A DNA stretch of 64,000 nt from Desulfuromonadales bacterium (GTDB lineage Bacteria; Desulfobacterota; Desulfuromonadia; Desulfuromonadales; JAWOCM01). Positions 19,280 through 30,266 of this stretch are shown piece after piece (within the stretch, counting starts at the first letter, position 1; every line of letters starts with the position of its first letter). The notes beneath the pieces are model-generated. The model searched no databases and was not told the origin of the DNA. It saw nothing but the letters and a program-made list of their open reading frames with translations. A program made the translations under genes and the position numbers. Location of the stretch: the NCBI GenBank assembly GCA_046483795.1, contig JAWOCM010000040.1, positions 1,803-65,802 of the forward strand, in the 5' to 3' direction.

Positions 19280-20575
19280 TCATCCTGTTCGTGCCTCGGC
19301 CCGTCCCCTGGCCACGTCGACCTTCGCCAGAAGTCCCATTCCGATGATGAAAAAGCCGGCCAGCGCCAGGATGGAAAGACGGGCCGAACCGGTCAGGTCG
19401 GTGATCAGCGCAAAAACCAGAGGACCGAGGATCGAGGCGAATCGATAGCTGATGGAATAGAAGCCGAAGAATTCTGCCTCCTTCCCCTGCGGTACCAGCG
19501 AGGCGAAAAGGGAGCGGCTGAGCGCCTGACTGCCGCCGAGGACGATGGCCACCAGGATAGCCAGAACCCAGAACTCCCAGGCCTCCCGCATGTAATAAGC
19601 GTAGACAGTGATCCCGGTGAAGATCAGCAGGGACAAAGTCAGCGCCCCCTTGGCGTTCCAGCGCTCGGCCAGGAAACCGAAAAGCAGGGCGCCCGGCATG
19701 GCGACGAACTGAATGACCAGGAAACAGGCCAGAACGGTCGTCTGCGACAGGCCCAACTCGGTTTTCCCGAAGATGGCCGAGACGACGATAATCGTCTGAA
19801 TGCCGTCGTTGTAAAAGAGAAAAGCAATGAGGAAAAGAAGAAGCTGAGGATAACGGACAATGTCGGCCAGAGTCCGCAGATAGTCGAGCAGTCCCTTTTG
19901 AGGCATCCGCGCCGGTGAGTGGACGAACGCCTCTTCCTTGACCAGCCGGAAGGTGGGAATGGCGAAAAGACCCCACCAGAGGGCGGTGAGCACAAATGCG
20001 GCGCGTGTCGCCAAACCCTTATCGGGAAATCCGAAGACAGGGTGCCACTGGATGATGGTGAAGGCCAGAAGCAGCATCAGGCCGCCGCCGATATAGCCGA
20101 AGGCGAATCCGCGGGCGGAGAGGCGATCCATCTCCTCTCCTCGCGCCAATGCCGGAAGAAAGGCGTTGTAAAAGACGTTGGAGGTGGCAAAGCCGACGTT
20201 GGCGACGACGAAAAGCCCTGCCGCGACAAGGTAGTGGCCGGGACCGGCAAAGAAGAGGAGTCCGGTGGCGCCGACCCCGATCAGGCAGAAAAGCATCAGC
20301 ATCAGCCTGCGGCTTTTCCTCCGGTCGGCCAGGGCCCCGAGGTAAGGAGCGAAAACGGCGACGATGATCATCGAGGCGGAAACGGCATATCCCCAAAGGG
20401 CCGCTGCCGGAACGGTGCGGCGCCAGCCGAGGATGTTCAGATGCGCGCCGCCTTCCGGCACCAGGGTGGCGAAATAGACCGGAAGCACGGCCGCCAGAAC
20501 AACCGTGGCAAAAGCCGAATTGGCCCAGTCGTACATGCACCAGCCGAACCATGCTTGTTTTTTCGCATCGGACAT
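19280..20575 (-). CDS. MFS transporter (UMF1/Atg22-like)
   Basis: WCMYDWANSAF, FYNAFLP, GYIGG, GGSQALSRS; 12 TM pattern. Confidence 0.9.
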   Translation of the reverse strand: MSDAKKQAWFGWCMYDWANSAFATVVLAAVLPVYFATLVPEGGAHLNILGWRRTVPAAALWGYAVSASMIIVAVFAPYLGALADRRKSRRLMLMLFCLIGVGATGLLFFAGPGHYLVAAGLFVVANVGFATSNVFYNAFLPALARGEEMDRLSARGFAFGYIGGGLMLLLAFTIIQWHPVFGFPDKGLATRAAFVLTALWWGLFAIPTFRLVKEEAFVHSPARMPQKGLLDYLRTLADIVRYPQLLLFLIAFLFYNDGIQTIIVVSAIFGKTELGLSQTTVLACFLVIQFVAMPGALLFGFLAERWNAKGALTLSLLIFTGITVYAYYMREAWEFWVLAILVAIVLGGSQALSRSLFASLVPQGKEAEFFGFYSISYRFASILGPLVFALITDLTGSARLSILALAGFFIIGMGLLAKVDVARGRAEARTG

Positions 20576-20606
20576 ACAGGATACTCAGGCGGAAGAAGTC
20601 GTGTCC

Positions 20607-21518
20607 TTAAGGGTACCGGCATTCGTTGAAAGACTGGCACCCAGGTTCGTCGCAGGGTTCGACATGAATGGTGACATCAGAGCCCCGAATGGTGTTTTCG
20701 ATCGCCTTCTCAAGCCTGTCGGCGATCAGGTGTCCTTCCTCCACGGAAAGATGGCGGCAGACGATCAGGTGGAAACTGATGATTTTCTGAGAGCCGGCGC
20801 GGCGAGTGCGAAGATCGTGGTATTCGATGACGTGTTTTTGATCCAGGTGCTGATGGATGACCTGGTCGATTTCTTGGCGTACCGGTTCTGGGAGGTTTTC
20901 ATCGAGAACGTCCTGCATGGCGAATCGCACCAACTGCAGCGCTTCCTTGATGATGTAGAGAGCGACGCCAACCGAGAGCAGGGGGTCGAGCCAGGGCGCA
21001 TCGAGATAGCGTACGGCCAGAAGGCCGGCACCCAGGACGATGTTGGTGTAGACGTCCATGGAAAAGTGGAGGGAGTCGGCCCGCAGCGCAGACGAGTCGG
21101 TTGCGTCGGCCTCTTTTCGAAGGTATCTGCATAAGCCCCAGGAGACGGCGCTGCTGAGAAACAGGACGGCTGTTCCGCCGCCGAGGTTGCTCAGGTGGGT
21201 GCCGGTGAGAAGGCGGTCGATCGATTCGAAAATGATCCAGACGCCAGAACCGGCGATCACCATTGCCTGCACCAGCGTCGCCACCGTTTCGAACTTGCCA
21301 TGGCCGAAAGGATGGCTTTCATCAGCGGGCTTGACTGCCTGACGGATCGCCAGGTAATTGACCCCCGACATCAGGATGTCGAGAAGGGAGTCGACCCCAG
21401 AGGAGAGGATGGCCATCGAGCCGGTAAAGAGTCCGGCGATGAACTTCAGCAGGGCCAGAGAAAACGCGGTGAAGATAGAGACTCTGGCTGCACGAATTTT
21501 TCGACCGGATGACGGCAT
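20607..21518 (-). CDS. Cation diffusion facilitator (FieF-like)
   Basis: DSLLD, PADESHPFGHGKFE, ADSLHFSMD, TIHVEP; start MPSSG at 21518. Confidence 0.92.
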   Translation of the reverse strand: MPSSGRKIRAARVSIFTAFSLALLKFIAGLFTGSMAILSSGVDSLLDILMSGVNYLAIRQAVKPADESHPFGHGKFETVATLVQAMVIAGSGVWIIFESIDRLLTGTHLSNLGGGTAVLFLSSAVSWGLCRYLRKEADATDSSALRADSLHFSMDVYTNIVLGAGLLAVRYLDAPWLDPLLSVGVALYIIKEALQLVRFAMQDVLDENLPEPVRQEIDQVIHQHLDQKHVIEYHDLRTRRAGSQKIISFHLIVCRHLSVEEGHLIADRLEKAIENTIRGSDVTIHVEPCDEPGCQSFNECRYP

Positions 21519-21546
21519 GCGCGATGACCTCTCGGTACGGCAGGAA

Positions 21547-22062
21547 TCAATCCCTGAGCGAGCACTCCTTTTCCCAGTCCGAATAGCCGTCGTCCTCGAT
21601 TTCCCAGAACGTGTCGATGCGGCGTCGGTAGAAATCCAGTTCTTCACATTGGCCGGCAATCTGCTCGGGGAGCGACGGATCGACACGGCCGATATCTCCA
21701 CAGAACTGGTAGAAGAAAAGGATCCCTGCCAGCAGTCCTTCGAGTTCCCGGATGTTGGGTTCGAGGTTCTTTACAATATACCAGTTGCCGGCGAACTGGC
21801 GAACACGTTCCGCCCTTATCTCGAAGATGTTTTCCCGTCGGTCGTCTATGATGAAGTCGCGCAGAAAATAATCGGCGCCGTAGGCAAGGGCGCTCGCTTC
21901 TTCAGGATAGAGTGATTTTTGCTCGACCAGGTAGAGGTAGAAGTGCTGGAGAAGGTCGCCGACCACCTCGCTCACCCGGATTTCATCCTGGAGGTTGGAA
22001 ATGTCGAAATTTTCCCGATTGAACACCGGATCGGTCAGGGGCGGCAAATGTTTTTCCGTCAT
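21547..22062 (-). CDS. Hypothetical all-alpha protein
   Basis: 171 aa, AGGAGG RBS, acidic/aromatic composition. Confidence 0.8.
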   Translation of the reverse strand: MTEKHLPPLTDPVFNRENFDISNLQDEIRVSEVVGDLLQHFYLYLVEQKSLYPEEASALAYGADYFLRDFIIDDRRENIFEIRAERVRQFAGNWYIVKNLEPNIRELEGLLAGILFFYQFCGDIGRVDPSLPEQIAGQCEELDFYRRRIDTFWEIEDDGYSDWEKECSLRD

Positions 22063-22277
22063 AAATCCTCCTGTTTGCAGGGTTTTCTATCACCGCACGG
22101 TGGTACCGTCAAGGCAAAAACTGGTCCGGAACAGCCATTGCTTTATGGTGATAGGTTCGATGACAGGATCTATTTACACCCTCTCTCCCTCTCTGGTATA
22201 AATGAAATGGCCTTATAATCCTTGAGAGCGTCCAGTCGCGGAATACAGCTTCCTCTCTTCCGAGATTTTATTTTTCT

Positions 22278-24896
22278 ATGACGACAATGACCCCCATGAT
22301 GCGGCAGTACCTCGAGATCAAGTCCGAGTATCCCGACGCGATCCTCTTTTTCCGTCTCGGGGATTTCTACGAGATGTTCATGGAGGATGCCGTGATTGCC
22401 GCCCGCGTGCTCGATATCACCCTGACATCCCGCAACAAAGGCAGCGACGACGAGATTCCCCTCTGCGGGGTTCCCTACCACAGTTGCCAGCCGTATGTCG
22501 CAAAGCTCGTGGAAAACGGGCACAAGGTGGCCATCTGCGAGCAGGTCGAGGATCCCAGAAGCGCCAAGGGGATTGTCAGGCGAGAGGTCCTTCAGGTCGT
22601 CACGCCGGGGCTTGTCGTGGACAGTGATAACCTTCAGCCCAAGGAAAACAATTTCCTGATGAGTGTGATTCAGGCTCGGGGCGAAGTGTTCGGCGTGTCG
22701 TTTGTCGATATCACCACCGGAGATTTCCGGGTGACCGAGGTTGCCGATCTCGAGGCCCTTCGAAGCGAAATCGCTTCCATCTCCCCGAGCGAACTCCTTT
22801 TTCCCGAAGGCGGGGGCGGCGACAGTCTCAGAAAAAAGCTTGAGCTGTCCCTCGAAAACCGTTTCGTGAACACTCTTCCGGACTGGGCCTGGGAGTTCGA
22901 TCGGGCGGAGGGACTGCTCAAGGATTTCTTCAGCGTCTCCAGTCTCGACTCCTTCGGTTGCGCCCGGCTTCCCGCTGGCGTGCAGGCGGCCGGGGCGGTC
23001 ATCGATTACCTGCAGCAGGCGCGAAAGGGAGCCCTGCCGCATCTGCGATCGCTGACCACCTACCTGAGCTCGGATGCAATGATCCTCGACGACACCACCC
23101 GTCGCAACCTGGAGCTGACCGCCAACATACAGGACGGCAAAAAGCGCGGATCGCTGCTCGGAGTGATGGACCGCACTGTGACCGCCATGGGGGGGCGCAA
23201 ACTTCGGCACTGGATCAACTACCCTCTGGTCGATGCCGGCCCCATCCGCGGGCGGCAGGAGGCCGTCGGTCATTTCCGGGAGGAAAGTCTGGCCCGCAAC
23301 GACCTGCGCGAGGCGCTCGACGGGATTTACGACCTGGAGCGCCTCACCACCAAGGTGTCCCTGGGCAATGCCAACGCCAGGGATCTCGTGGCACTGAAAA
23401 ATTCGCTGGCGCGCCTGCCCGCCGTTCTGGAACTTCTCTCTGACACCGATGCCGCTCAGCTGCAAAGTCTTCGGGAACGAATCGACCCACTGAACGACGT
23501 CTCCGAGCTGATCGAAGGAGCGATTGTCGATGAGCCGCCTTTCGTCCTGCGCGAGGGCGGAATCATCCGGGAGGGATTCGACGACGAACTCGATGACCTG
23601 CGCTGCATCAGTCGCGAGGGAAAGGGCTGGATTGTACGGCTGGAGAAGGAAGAGCGCGATCGTACAGGCATCGGATCGCTGAAGGTGCGCTATAACAAGG
23701 TCTTCGGTTATTACATCGAGGTCACCCGAACTCATCTGTCCCGCGTGCCGGAGAACTACGAACGAAAACAGACCCTGGCCAACGCCGAGCGCTACATCAC
23801 ACCTGAGCTCAAGGAATACGAGGACAAGGTCCTGGGCGCCGAGGAGCGCAGCGTATCGCTCGAATACGATCTGTTCCAGCAGGTGCGTCAGCAGGTGGCC
23901 CTGCAGGGGCACCGCATCCAGGAAACGGCCGATGCCCTGGCCAATCTCGACGTACTGCTCAGTCTGGCGGATCTGGCCCATGAGAAGGACTATGTCTGCC
24001 CTGATGTCGATGACAGCAGCGTCCTCCATGTCGTCGAGGGCCGTCACCCTGTGATCGAGACGATGAACCTCGGCGAACGCTTCGTTGCCAACGACGTCTA
24101 TCTGGATACCGACGAGGAGCAGATCCACATTATCACCGGACCGAACATGGCCGGCAAGTCGACCTTCATGCGCCAGGTGGCCCTGATCGCCCTGATGGCC
24201 CAGATGGGCGGTTTCGTGCCGGCGCAGCAGGCTCGGATCGGGCTGGTCGACCGGATATTCACCCGAGTGGGTGCCAGCGACAACCTGGCCCGCGGATTGT
24301 CGACGTTCATGGTGGAGATGACGGAGACGGCGAACATCCTCAACCATGCCACCGGCAAGAGCCTGGTCGTACTAGACGAGATCGGCCGCGGGACCTCCAC
24401 TTTCGATGGCGTCAGCATCGCATGGGCGGTGGCCGAATACCTCCACGATCACGCACCGGTCTGCGCCCGCACGCTTTTTGCGACGCATTATCACGAATTG
24501 ACCGACCTTGCTTTGACTCGGAACAGGGTTCGGAACTATAATGTCTCTGTTAAGGAATGGAACGACCAGATCATTTTTCTGCGCAGGATCGTCAAGGGAG
24601 GCGCCAGTCACTCCTACGGCATACAGGTGGCCCGGCTGGCGGGGCTTCCCAAACAGGTGATCGATCGTGCAAAGGAAGTTCTGAAGAATCTCGAAACAGG
24701 GGAGTTCGAAGGGGAGGGGCAACCGCGGCTGGCCCGTGACAAGGCCGCTGCCGCACCCGAACCTGCACCGCAGCTGAGCTTGTTCGATCCGGCCCGCCCC
24801 GGCGAGGTCCAACAGCGGCTGCGGGATCTGGATGTGTCCACCCTGACCCCGCTTGAAGCACTCAATCTTCTCGACGAACTGAAAAAACTGGCCTAG
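22278..24896 (+). CDS. mutS: DNA mismatch repair protein MutS
   Basis: [46 protein letters not shown] clamp motif. Confidence 0.99.
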   Translation: MTTMTPMMRQYLEIKSEYPDAILFFRLGDFYEMFMEDAVIAARVLDITLTSRNKGSDDEIPLCGVPYHSCQPYVAKLVENGHKVAICEQVEDPRSAKGIVRREVLQVVTPGLVVDSDNLQPKENNFLMSVIQARGEVFGVSFVDITTGDFRVTEVADLEALRSEIASISPSELLFPEGGGGDSLRKKLELSLENRFVNTLPDWAWEFDRAEGLLKDFFSVSSLDSFGCARLPAGVQAAGAVIDYLQQARKGALPHLRSLTTYLSSDAMILDDTTRRNLELTANIQDGKKRGSLLGVMDRTVTAMGGRKLRHWINYPLVDAGPIRGRQEAVGHFREESLARNDLREALDGIYDLERLTTKVSLGNANARDLVALKNSLARLPAVLELLSDTDAAQLQSLRERIDPLNDVSELIEGAIVDEPPFVLREGGIIREGFDDELDDLRCISREGKGWIVRLEKEERDRTGIGSLKVRYNKVFGYYIEVTRTHLSRVPENYERKQTLANAERYITPELKEYEDKVLGAEERSVSLEYDLFQQVRQQVALQGHRIQETADALANLDVLLSLADLAHEKDYVCPDVDDSSVLHVVEGRHPVIETMNLGERFVANDVYLDTDEEQIHIITGPNMAGKSTFMRQVALIALMAQMGGFVPAQQARIGLVDRIFTRVGASDNLARGLSTFMVEMTETANILNHATGKSLVVLDEIGRGTSTFDGVSIAWAVAEYLHDHAPVCARTLFATHYHELTDLALTRNRVRNYNVSVKEWNDQIIFLRRIVKGGASHSYGIQVARLAGLPKQVIDRAKEVLKNLETGEFEGEGQPRLARDKAAAAPEPAPQLSLFDPARPGEVQQRLRDLDVSTLTPLEALNLLDELKKLA

Positions 24897-26615
24897 ATGA
24901 GACGACACAGACGATACATCTTATTCTTGTTTCTGCTGCTTCTGGCGCTGCCGTGGCCGGCCGAGGCAGCGTCCGTCAACCAGGCTTACGAGAAGGCGCG
25001 CACAGCGTATTACAACCTGCTCGAGTCGCCGCGAAAGCAGAAGTACCGCGACCAATGGAAGAGGGTCGAGGATCTGTTCCTGGCTGTTCCGGAGATCGCC
25101 CCTGAACATCCTCTGGCTGCCGACGCGCTTTATATGGCCGGCAAGACCGGTCGGAAGCTGTACGAAAACTCCTATCTCTCGACAGATGCCCGCGATGCGC
25201 TGGCCCATTTCGAACACCTTGTCCGGAATCACCCTTCCAGCTCCCTCGCTGACGATGCGCTGGCTCTCTCCGCCGAAATTTACAGGGATATCCTGGGGGA
25301 ACCCGGTGAGGCCTATCTGCGCTACAGGCGTATTCTGGATGAATATGGCAACGGCGACATGAGGAGCAAGGCGCGAAACGAAATCGCAGCGCTGTCCCCC
25401 CCGGATTCCGCCGCTGGAAAAGAGCAGGTGAATGCTGATGACGTAGAAGGGCGACTCAAGTCGATCCGTCATGCAAGCTACGACAACCGAACGCGGGTTG
25501 TCATCGATATGGTCGGAGAGCCGAGTTTCAAACCCATGCGCCTCGAGGGTGACCGGTCCGGGTCGACTCCCCACCGGGTTCTGGTCGATATCCCGGCGGA
25601 ATCCATCGGAAGCGACATCGATCGCTCAGTCGTTATCGGGGACGGTCGCGTTCACAAGATTCGCGTCGGACAATACGAACCCGGTGTCGCCCGGGTTGTG
25701 CTGGAGCTCGAAGCCCCCCTGAAATTCAAGACTTTTACCCTGACCAACCCCTCGAGGGTGATTCTGGATGTCGCCGAATCGCAAATCTCCAACACCGAGA
25801 GTGCTTCTTCCGATGCCGCGACGCCTCTGCCTGTCGGGGATGGGGACGGCATCTCTCTGCTGCTCGACCAGACCCCTCCGGAGCAGGCGATGAGGGTTCA
25901 TGTTCCCAAATTTGCACGCAGCAGCAGTCAGATCCTCACTGTCGTGGTAGATCCCGGACATGGCGGACGGGACCCGGGCGCCATCGGTCCATCCGGTCTC
26001 ATGGAGAAGGACGTCACTCTGGCTATGGCAAGAGTACTGGCGGATCGTCTGCGCAATGAATTGAATTGCAAGGTCGTCCTGACCCGTGACAGCGACGTCT
26101 ATCTGCCTCTCAATCAGCGCACCGAGATTGCCAACAAGCTTGGAGCGGACCTGTTCATTTCACTGCATGCCAATGCCAATAAAAGCCCCCGTCCTTACGG
26201 GGTTGAGACCTTTTATCTGAACTTCTCAAAGAATCAGAAGGCGATGGAAGTCGTCGCCAGGGAAAACGACACCTCTCTGAAGCAGGTCGGGGATCTCGAA
26301 ATGATCCTCCTCGATCTGATGGCGAACTCCAAGATCAACGAATCGAGCCGCCTGGCCACGAAGGTCCAGAGGGCGATGGTCGGTCATCTCGATCTTCACT
26401 ACACCCAGATCAAGGATCTCGGTGTTCGACAGGGCCCCTTTTACGTTCTTCTCGGCGCCACGATGCCTTCAGTTCTCGTGGAATCGGCTTTTATCAGTAA
26501 CCGTCGTGAGGAAACCCGCCTGAGAAGTCGGAATTACCAGGAAAAAACTGCCGAAGCCATCGCCAAGGGTGTGCGGGAGTATCTCAATTCGTTCAACACC
26601 GTTGCTAATCAATAA
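24897..26615 (+). CDS. N-acetylmuramoyl-L-alanine amidase (TPR-like + AMIN + Amidase_3)
   Basis: Signal peptide; VDPGHGGRDPGA, EK, SLHAN, PSVLVES. Confidence 0.93.
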   Translation: MRRHRRYILFLFLLLLALPWPAEAASVNQAYEKARTAYYNLLESPRKQKYRDQWKRVEDLFLAVPEIAPEHPLAADALYMAGKTGRKLYENSYLSTDARDALAHFEHLVRNHPSSSLADDALALSAEIYRDILGEPGEAYLRYRRILDEYGNGDMRSKARNEIAALSPPDSAAGKEQVNADDVEGRLKSIRHASYDNRTRVVIDMVGEPSFKPMRLEGDRSGSTPHRVLVDIPAESIGSDIDRSVVIGDGRVHKIRVGQYEPGVARVVLELEAPLKFKTFTLTNPSRVILDVAESQISNTESASSDAATPLPVGDGDGISLLLDQTPPEQAMRVHVPKFARSSSQILTVVVDPGHGGRDPGAIGPSGLMEKDVTLAMARVLADRLRNELNCKVVLTRDSDVYLPLNQRTEIANKLGADLFISLHANANKSPRPYGVETFYLNFSKNQKAMEVVARENDTSLKQVGDLEMILLDLMANSKINESSRLATKVQRAMVGHLDLHYTQIKDLGVRQGPFYVLLGATMPSVLVESAFISNRREETRLRSRNYQEKTAEAIAKGVREYLNSFNTVANQ

Positions 26616-26624
26616 AGGCGAACC

Positions 26625-29339
26625 ATGCCATTCCCCATCAAGCCCTTTTTTACTGAAGACCTGATATACGACACGGTCCGTCCGCTCGACCAGAGAAGAC
26701 CGGAACTGCTCGAGGCGGCCCGGAATTTTCTCGATCATCATGAGGAGTCGATCTTTCAGCAGCACCGTCAGGGGGCCTCCGGTACTGAAATCGTCTATGC
26801 CCGGGCCCGGCTGCACGATTCGTTGATCCGCGTCCTCCACGATGCCGTGAAAGCAGGGCTTGACGATTTCATCGCTTCGAGCTGTGCCCTGATCGCCGTC
26901 GGCGGTTACGGTCGAGGCGAACTCAATCCCACATCCGACATCGACCTGATGTTCTATCACAACGGCCGCAAGAAGGAAGAGGCCGAGCAGGTCTCCCAGC
27001 CCATACTTTACTTTCTGTGGGATCTCGGTCTCGATGTCGGTTACAGCGTTCGGACCGCCAGGGATTGTATCGAGATGGCAGGCAGCGACATCACGGCCCG
27101 TACAGCCATGCTCGATTCGCGGTTCCTCGTCGGGGATCAATCCCTCTACACCGATTATGAACGCAATGTCTTCAATGTCGTCATGGCTCAGGATTCCCGG
27201 AATTTCATCAAGCGGAAACTGGATGAGAATGCCCGCCGGCTGGAAAAATACGGTTCGACCGTTTATATGCTCGAGCCGAATATCAAGGAGGGCGAGGGGG
27301 GGCTTCGCGACCTTCATACCGCCATCTGGATCGCCAGGGTCAAATACAAGGCGAAAACGATGCGCGAGCTGCTGATCCGGGGAGTGGTCAACGAGGGAGA
27401 ATATAACGATTTTCTCTCCGCCTTCGATTACCTCTGGCGGGTGCGCAACGAATTGCACTATCTCTCAGGGCGAAAAAACGAACAGCTTCACTTCGACCAG
27501 CAGGAAGAGATCGCAAAGTTTCTCGGTTACGGGGACAGCAGCTCGATTCCGGCTGTGGAGCAGTTCATGCAGGACTTCTATTCTCATGCCACGAGGGTCG
27601 AACACCTCTCGTCACTGCTCATCGCCAAGGTTACAGCCCGCGACGTATCCCCTCGGAGGGTTCTCGGCTATTTTACCCGTCGTCCCGTCGACGAAGGATT
27701 TTTTGTCCTCCAAGGCGAGCTGGGCGTCACAAGCCATTCCGTGATCACCGATAACCCTGCGGCGATGATGCGCGCTTTCGAACTGTCCCAGAAACACAAC
27801 GCCGATTTGTCCCTGGCGCTTAAAACATTGATACGGGAGAATCTTTACCGGATCAACAATCGGGTTCGCCGCTCGGGACCGATGCTGCGATCTTTTTTCA
27901 ATATTCTCCGCTTCCAGAAGGGACTGGGAGGAATTCTTCGCGAAATGCATCACCTGCGTTTTCTGGGACGATTCATTCCCGAATTCGATCAGATCTACTG
28001 CAAAGTCCAGCATGATGCCTACCATGTCTACACGGTCGATACCCATTCCATCTTCGCTGTAGAGGAAATCGTCAAGCTCTGGGAAGGTCACTATCGTCAG
28101 CGCAAGCCGGTTTATAGCCGGGTTGCCGGCGATATCGAGAAAAAAGAGCTGCTTCTTCTGGCCGTTCTTCTTCATGATATCGGCAAGGGGGAAGGCAAGG
28201 ACCACGCCAGCAAAGGCGCAGCGATGATCCCCAGGATCGCCCGGCGTCTCCGGCTCAACCGGGAGAACAGCCAGCGGCTGCAGTTCCTGGTCCAGCAGCA
28301 TCTGGAGATGGCGCATCTGAGCCAGCGACGGGATCTCAACGACGACAAGCTGATCTTGCAGTTCGCCCGCAAAATGGGCATGAGCGAAAATCTGAAAATG
28401 CTTTTTCTACTGACCTTCGCCGACATCAAGGCCGTCGGCCCGAATGTCTGGTCCGAGTGGAAGGGACGCCTTTTGCAGGAGCTTTATGAAAAGGCCTACC
28501 ATGTCATCGAGAAGGGTAATTTCTATCTTGAAAAGCGTTCGGAAAAGGTCCGCAATCGCAAACGCAGGCTTGTGGAGATTCTCAGCGACGAATTCGACCC
28601 CCGCCTGATCCGTGAATCCTATCGGAAATTCTCCACCCGCTACCTTTTGCTTTTTCCCGCCGAAGAAATCGCCGAGCATCTGCGTTTGACGCTGAGCCGG
28701 GGGAAAAAATCGGTCAACATGAAAGTCGAACATGACAGGGAGGCCGGCTTTACCAATCTGACCATCTCCACACTCGACATCCCGGGGCTGTTCTCCAAAA
28801 TCTGCGGCGTCATGGCAGGCAATGGACTGAGTATTCTCAGCGCCAAGATCCACACCCGGAGCGACGGGGAAGTCATCGATATCCTGGATGTGTGTCATTC
28901 TCTGCCCGATGTTCAAACAGGCGAACACAAATGGCGGGAGGTGGAGGAAGATTTGATGGCCGTTCTGGAAGGCCGGGTCCCGGTGGCCGAACTGGTGAAG
29001 AGGCAGCAGAAGCCCTCCTTTCTGACCGAAAAGGCCCGCCCCCGCATCCCCAACCGGGTCCAGGTGGACAATGAGGTCTCCGACGAGTACACGGTTATAG
29101 ATGTCTATACCGCTGATCGCGTCGGAATCCTGTATTACATCACCAAAACCATCAGAGATCTCGGTTTCTTCATCATTATCGCCAAGATTTCCACCAAGGT
29201 CGACCAGGTTTCCGACACCTTCTACCTCCAGGATATTTTCGGCCAGAAGATTGTCGACACAGAGAAGTTGGAGGAACTTGAGGCTGGGATCCTCTCGGCC
29301 CTGGAAGAGATCGAAGAAGACGAGGCGATGGGGGGATAA
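26625..29339 (+). CDS. glnD: [protein-PII] uridylyltransferase
   Basis: AVGGYGRGEL..SDIDL, EPNIKEGEGGLRD, HVYTVDTH, LLHDIGKG, two ACT domains. Confidence 0.98.
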   Translation: MPFPIKPFFTEDLIYDTVRPLDQRRPELLEAARNFLDHHEESIFQQHRQGASGTEIVYARARLHDSLIRVLHDAVKAGLDDFIASSCALIAVGGYGRGELNPTSDIDLMFYHNGRKKEEAEQVSQPILYFLWDLGLDVGYSVRTARDCIEMAGSDITARTAMLDSRFLVGDQSLYTDYERNVFNVVMAQDSRNFIKRKLDENARRLEKYGSTVYMLEPNIKEGEGGLRDLHTAIWIARVKYKAKTMRELLIRGVVNEGEYNDFLSAFDYLWRVRNELHYLSGRKNEQLHFDQQEEIAKFLGYGDSSSIPAVEQFMQDFYSHATRVEHLSSLLIAKVTARDVSPRRVLGYFTRRPVDEGFFVLQGELGVTSHSVITDNPAAMMRAFELSQKHNADLSLALKTLIRENLYRINNRVRRSGPMLRSFFNILRFQKGLGGILREMHHLRFLGRFIPEFDQIYCKVQHDAYHVYTVDTHSIFAVEEIVKLWEGHYRQRKPVYSRVAGDIEKKELLLLAVLLHDIGKGEGKDHASKGAAMIPRIARRLRLNRENSQRLQFLVQQHLEMAHLSQRRDLNDDKLILQFARKMGMSENLKMLFLLTFADIKAVGPNVWSEWKGRLLQELYEKAYHVIEKGNFYLEKRSEKVRNRKRRLVEILSDEFDPRLIRESYRKFSTRYLLLFPAEEIAEHLRLTLSRGKKSVNMKVEHDREAGFTNLTISTLDIPGLFSKICGVMAGNGLSILSAKIHTRSDGEVIDILDVCHSLPDVQTGEHKWREVEEDLMAVLEGRVPVAELVKRQQKPSFLTEKARPRIPNRVQVDNEVSDEYTVIDVYTADRVGILYYITKTIRDLGFFIIIAKISTKVDQVSDTFYLQDIFGQKIVDTEKLEELEAGILSALEEIEEDEAMGG

Positions 29340-29344
29340 GAGGC

Positions 29345-30232
29345 GTGGATCAATATCTCGATCTTTTCCTGAATTATGCGACGGTCGAGAAGGGGCTATC
29401 CGGCAATACTCTTGATGCGTACGGTCGGGATCTGAGCCGCTACGCCGATTTTCTCGTCAAGTGCGGTATCGACACACCGGATCGCATATCACCGGCAATG
29501 GTCGTTCGTTTCCTCGTCTGTCTCAAGGAAGAGGGCCTTTCACCCCGCAGCCGTGCCCGAATCCTCGTGTCGCTGCGCATGTTTCACAAATTTCTGCTCG
29601 CCGAAAAGCTCAGCTGCGCAAATCCGACGATGAACATCGAGGCGCCGCGCAGCCTCACCCCTCTTCCCAGGGTTCTCTCCTCCGTCGATGTCGATCGACT
29701 GCTACAGGCTCCATCCGGGCAGAGTCCCCTCGATTTGCGTGACCGTGCCATGTTCGAGCTGCTCTATGCCACCGGTCTGCGTGTGACGGAGCTTGCGCGG
29801 CTGAAGATGTCCAATCTGCACATGCAGGTCGGTTACATAATGACTCTTGGCAAGGGGAGCAAAGAGCGAATCGTGCCCATGGGCGAGTCGGCGATGGCGG
29901 CCCTTGAGGATTATCTCTCCCACGGGCGCTCTCAACTTGGGAAGGAGATCCTTTCGCCCTGCGTTTTTCTCAACCGGTCGGGCAGGGGGTTGACAAGACA
30001 AGGGGTCTGGAAGATTATAGGGCGTCGCGCGGCGCAGGCCGGGATCAGCAAGAAAATCACTCCCCATACCCTGCGCCATTCGTTTGCCACCCACCTGCTG
30101 GAAAACGGGGCGGATTTGCGGGCGGTGCAGACCATGCTCGGTCATGCCGACATCTCCACCACCCAGATCTACACCCACGTGACGCGAGAACGGCTCAAGA
30201 AGATTCACGAACAGTTTCATCCCCGGGCCTGA
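29345..30232 (+). CDS. xerD: Site-specific tyrosine recombinase XerD
   Basis: LYATGLRVTE, GKGSKER, LTRQG, PHTLRHSFATHLL, LGHADISTTQIY. Confidence 0.95.
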   Translation: MDQYLDLFLNYATVEKGLSGNTLDAYGRDLSRYADFLVKCGIDTPDRISPAMVVRFLVCLKEEGLSPRSRARILVSLRMFHKFLLAEKLSCANPTMNIEAPRSLTPLPRVLSSVDVDRLLQAPSGQSPLDLRDRAMFELLYATGLRVTELARLKMSNLHMQVGYIMTLGKGSKERIVPMGESAMAALEDYLSHGRSQLGKEILSPCVFLNRSGRGLTRQGVWKIIGRRAAQAGISKKITPHTLRHSFATHLLENGADLRAVQTMLGHADISTTQIYTHVTRERLKKIHEQFHPRA

Positions 30233-30266
30233 AAAGAAGGCGCCGATACTCCAGACAGGGCAGGAC

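Noticed and set aside
22170-24347. 725-aa antisense ORF over mutS (likewise 12128-13684, 40524-42779, 46825-48369, 54683-56665, 61639-62925 and others)
   Set aside because: Shadow ORFs expected from GC-rich codon bias opposite well-conserved genes; no motifs or RBS.
29345-30232. Tyrosine recombinase as a prophage or island integrase
   Set aside because: XerD signature (LTRQG, HSFATHLL, LGHADISTTQIY) and embedded in a housekeeping operon.
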